64,000 nucleotides of DNA from an uncultured Aliarcobacter sp. (GTDB taxonomy: Bacteria; Campylobacterota; Campylobacteria; Campylobacterales; Arcobacteraceae): NCBI GenBank assembly GCA_963677435.1, contig OY781945.1, positions 480,001 through 544,000 on the forward strand. Direction: 5' to 3'. The notes under the pieces are model-generated. The model was given only the letters and a program-made list of their open reading frames with translations, did not search any database and was not told the DNA's origin. The translations under genes were made by a program, and so were the position numbers. Below are positions 61,191-64,000 of this stretch, piece by piece (position 1 is the first letter of the stretch; the number at the start of each line of letters is the position of its first letter).

Positions 61191-61334
61191 ATAAAATATA
61201 ATTTTTGCTAGGCTATAAAATGATTAATTACATAAAAATTATTCATTAATTACAGTTTTTAAATTTAACATAGAATAAATTTATATTACCTTAATTTAAA
61301 TATTTAGCATTTAATTAAAATTTAAAATAAAATA

Positions 61335-61355
61335 CTTGACAAATAAAGACTCAAT
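61335..61355. promoter_or_regulatory. HAIR-like (HspR) operator overlapping the -35 box
   Basis: CTTGACA-N7-ACTCAAT versus consensus CTTGAGT-N7-ACTCAAG (11/14). Confidence 0.6.
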
Positions 61356-61365
61356 AGGTTATAAT
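61336..61365 (+). promoter_or_regulatory. Sigma70 promoter of hrcA-grpE-dnaK
   Basis: TTGACA-N18-TATAAT with both hexamers perfect. Confidence 0.8.
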
Positions 61366-61368
61366 TCT

Positions 61369-61395
61369 TTAGCAGTTTAAGATACTGAGTGCTAA
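61369..61395. promoter_or_regulatory. CIRCE (HrcA operator)
   Basis: TTAGCAGTT-N9-GAGTGCTAA versus TTAGCACTC-N9-GAGTGCTAA (16/18), just after the -10 box. Confidence 0.88.
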
Positions 61396-61417
61396 ATTAT
61401 GAAAGTGGTCGTAATCT

Positions 61418-62209
61418 ATGATAGATAAAAAAGAGTTTTTATTACAATCTATTATTAAAGCTTATATTGAGCATTTAGAACCAATTGGTTCAACTCAATT
61501 AAAATCTATGTACGATATAACTTATTCACCAGCGACTATTAGAGGTTACTTTAAAAAGTTAGGTGATGAGGGTTATCTTGCACAAGAACATATAAGTAGT
61601 GGAAGAACTCCAACAACTGAAGCTTTAAAACAGTATTGGCAGACAAAACTTAATTTTAAACTAAAAGGTGTAAATTTACGAGCATTAGAATATTTTGCTT
61701 CAACAATAGGGCTGTCTGTTTTTATAAAAAAAGAGAAATCTGATGTATTAAAAAATATTTTAAATGTTGAAAATAGATATATGATTTTAGAATTTTCTTC
61801 ATTTGCCATAAGTGTAAAATATTCAGATGCACTTTATAGATTTTTAAATGATATGATAGGTTTAGATTTAAAAGATATTACTAAAGTTTCGAAAGATGTG
61901 GGAGCTTATGAGGTTTATGAATCTATAAACCAAACTCTGCAAAATTCAGATTTTCAGATTTTTAATTATAAAGAGTTTCTAAATCTAGCTTTGAATTATG
62001 ATTTTGATGAATATACAATAAACAGTTTTTTAAAAGGTCAAATTTTAGATGAGTTAAAAGAGGGTTTATATTTTGATAAGCTATTGCCATCAAATTATAT
62101 TGGAATTTGTAATTACTGTAAAATCAATAATGAAGATGTAAAAATGTTGGTTATTGGTGAATTACCAAAAGATTATGAATATTTTTATGAAAAAATTACA
62201 ACTTTTTAG
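61418..62209 (+). CDS. hrcA: Heat-inducible transcription repressor
   Basis: EPIGS, SPATIR, HISSGRTPT; precedes grpE-dnaK. Confidence 0.92.
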   Translation: MIDKKEFLLQSIIKAYIEHLEPIGSTQLKSMYDITYSPATIRGYFKKLGDEGYLAQEHISSGRTPTTEALKQYWQTKLNFKLKGVNLRALEYFASTIGLSVFIKKEKSDVLKNILNVENRYMILEFSSFAISVKYSDALYRFLNDMIGLDLKDITKVSKDVGAYEVYESINQTLQNSDFQIFNYKEFLNLALNYDFDEYTINSFLKGQILDELKEGLYFDKLLPSNYIGICNYCKINNEDVKMLVIGELPKDYEYFYEKITTF

Positions 62210-62218
62210 GAGATAAAT

Positions 62219-62779
62219 GTGAGTGAAGAAACAAAAGAAGAATTAATACAAGATGAAACAACTGAACAAGAAGTTCAAGGTGAAGTTGTAGAAGAAACAA
62301 CTAAAGAAGAGAGTTTAGAAGAAAAAGTTGCAAGATTAGAGCAACAATTAAAAGATAGTGAAGATAGATATTTAAGAGTTCATGCTGATTTTGAAAATAT
62401 CAAAAAAAGATTAGAAAAAGAGAAATATCAAGCTATTGATTATGCAAGTGAAAAATTTGCAAAAGATTTATTAGCTCCAATTGATACTTTAGAGTTAGCT
62501 CTGTCATCAACAAATACACCATTAGATGCACATGAATTACTTAAAAAAGTAAAAGAAGGAATCTCTTTAACTATTAAGAATTTCAATACGACATTTGAAA
62601 AACATAACATCACAAAAATTGAAACAGATGGTGAGTTTGATCCAAATGTACACAATGCTGTAATGCAAGTTGATAGTGCAGACCATGAAGATGGTGCAAT
62701 TGTTCAAGAGCTTCAAAAGGGTTATTTATTAAAAGATAGATTGTTAAGACCAGCGATGGTTTCAATCTGTAAAAAGTAA
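62219..62779 (+). CDS. grpE: Nucleotide exchange factor
   Basis: ADFENIKKR, FDPNVHNA, QKGY..DRLLRPAMV. Confidence 0.96.
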   Translation: MSEETKEELIQDETTEQEVQGEVVEETTKEESLEEKVARLEQQLKDSEDRYLRVHADFENIKKRLEKEKYQAIDYASEKFAKDLLAPIDTLELALSSTNTPLDAHELLKKVKEGISLTIKNFNTTFEKHNITKIETDGEFDPNVHNAVMQVDSADHEDGAIVQELQKGYLLKDRLLRPAMVSICKK

Positions 62780-62780
62780 A

Positions 62781-62903
62781 TAAAAGTCCTCTTTTGGAAT
62801 ATTTCAGCGTTGGTCTGCAAAATTTAAAAGACGCACTTACAACAGTAAGCTCCTCTTTTAAATTTCTTGACCGCCTTGAACTATCCTCAAAATAGAACTT
62901 TTA
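62781..62903. mobile_element. ERIC-like palindromic miniature element (123 bp)
   Basis: Starts and ends with TA; 9/10 terminal inverted repeat; long imperfect hairpin; - strand core GGAGCTTAC-tgtt-GTAAGTG flanked by CAAGGCGG and CCAACGC, as in ERIC (recalled consensus). Confidence 0.65.
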
Positions 62904-62991
62904 GGGTAACTTTGACCGTGATGTCATAAAACTAGATAGATTTGAAAAGATATAAATTAAATAAAAAATTAAAACTTGATAAGGATATAAA

Positions 62992-64000
62992 ATGAGTAAA
63001 GTAATTGGAATAGATTTAGGAACAACAAACTCTTGTATAGCAGTTTATGAAGGTGGGGAAGCTAAAATTATCCCTAATAAAGAGGGAAAAAATACAACTC
63101 CATCAATCGTTGCATTCACAGATAAAGGTGAAGTTTTAGTGGGAGATCCTGCAAAAAGACAAGCGATTACAAATCCAGAAAAAACTATTTATTCAATCAA
63201 AAGAATTATGGGTCTAATGATGGATGAGCCAAATGCGAAAGCAGCTCAATCAAAAGTTGGATATAAAATTGTTGATAGAAATGGTGCAGCAGCTGTTGAA
63301 ATTGGTGGAAAAGTTTATACTCCACAAGAAATTTCTGCAAAAATTTTATCAAAATTAAAAGCAGATGCTGAAGAGTATTTAGGAACAGCTGTTACTGATG
63401 CTGTTATTACAGTTCCTGCATACTTCAATGATGCACAAAGAAAAGCAACTCAAGAAGCTGGAACAATTGCTGGTCTTAATGTATTAAGAATCATTAATGA
63501 GCCAACAGCTGCTTCATTAGCTTATGGTTTAGATAAAAAAGGTGAAGAAAAAGTTCTAGTTTACGATTTAGGTGGAGGAACTTTTGACGTTACTGTTTTA
63601 GAAATTGGTGATGGAACTTTTGAAGTACTTTCAACTGATGGAAATGCATTTCTAGGTGGAGATGACTTCGATAATAGAATTATTGATTGGTTAGCAAAAG
63701 AGTTCAAAGATGAAAATGGATTTGATGTTAAAAACGACAAAATGGCATTACAAAGATTAAAAGATGCTGCTGAAAATGCTAAAAAAGAGTTATCATCAGC
63801 TGAATCAACAGAAATCAACTTACCATTTATCTCTATGGGAAGTGCAGGTCCTGTTCACTTAGTTAAATCATTAACAAGAGCAAAATTTGAGTCTATGACT
63901 GAAGATTTAATTAACGAAACTTTAGACCATATTAAAATTGCATTAAAAGATGCTGGATTAAGTAAAGACGAAATTCAAGAAATTATCATGGTTGGTGGAT
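62992..64000 (+). CDS. dnaK: Chaperone DnaK (partial; runs off the window, not in ORF track)
   Basis: Translated by hand: [57 protein letters not shown]. Confidence 0.99.
   Translation, partial: MSKVIGIDLGTTNSCIAVYEGGEAKIIPNKEGKNTTPSIVAFTDKGEVLVGDPAKRQAITNPEKTIYSIKRIMGLMMDEPNAKAAQSKVGYKIVDRNGAAAVEIGGKVYTPQEISAKILSKLKADAEEYLGTAVTDAVITVPAYFNDAQRKATQEAGTIAGLNVLRIINEPTAASLAYGLDKKGEEKVLVYDLGGGTFDVTVLEIGDGTFEVLSTDGNAFLGGDDFDNRIIDWLAKEFKDENGFDVKNDKMALQRLKDAAENAKKELSSAESTEINLPFISMGSAGPVHLVKSLTRAKFESMTEDLINETLDHIKIALKDAGLSKDEIQEIIMVGG

Overview
AT-rich Campylobacterota chromosome segment. Gene order, protein sequences and the short flagellin point to Arcobacteraceae (inference). Left arm: end of a membrane transporter, AMIN-domain protein, FtsB-like protein, eno, recA. 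Positions ~3.9-43.8 kb hold a ~39-kb flagellin glycosylation island made of two long convergent gene runs. The + run has pseB-C-[GT]-F-I-G-H, an ACP/SDR/adenylation module, a Galf-type GT2, glf, galE, a GT2 and a large HAD protein. The - run has maf, putative sialyl-type transferases, true-sialic-acid-type neuB/neuC with methyl- and O-acyltransferase genes between them, a divergent NeuB/SpsF pair, and an unusual cassette of HAD, GAPDH-like protein, cytidylyltransferase, HpcH aldolase, 2-hydroxyacid dehydrogenase and PhyH. A second maf and one flagellin close the island. Right arm: trmA, Suv3-like helicase, ankyrin protein, glmU-coaBC-uppS-pilD-lptF-truA, a two-component pair, a TAXI TRAP transporter and hrcA-grpE-dnaK (partial). 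Best candidates for something new: (1) a putative aldolase-driven, PEP-independent route to a CMP-activated ulosonic/ulosaric acid that includes a GAPDH homologue with a rewired active site; (2) a GC-rich, structured, possibly switchable flagellin 5' leader; (3) an ERIC-like palindromic element between grpE and dnaK; (4) a hairpin that buries the trmA ribosome-binding site. All calls come from motif reading and recall; no database searches or folding calculations were run.
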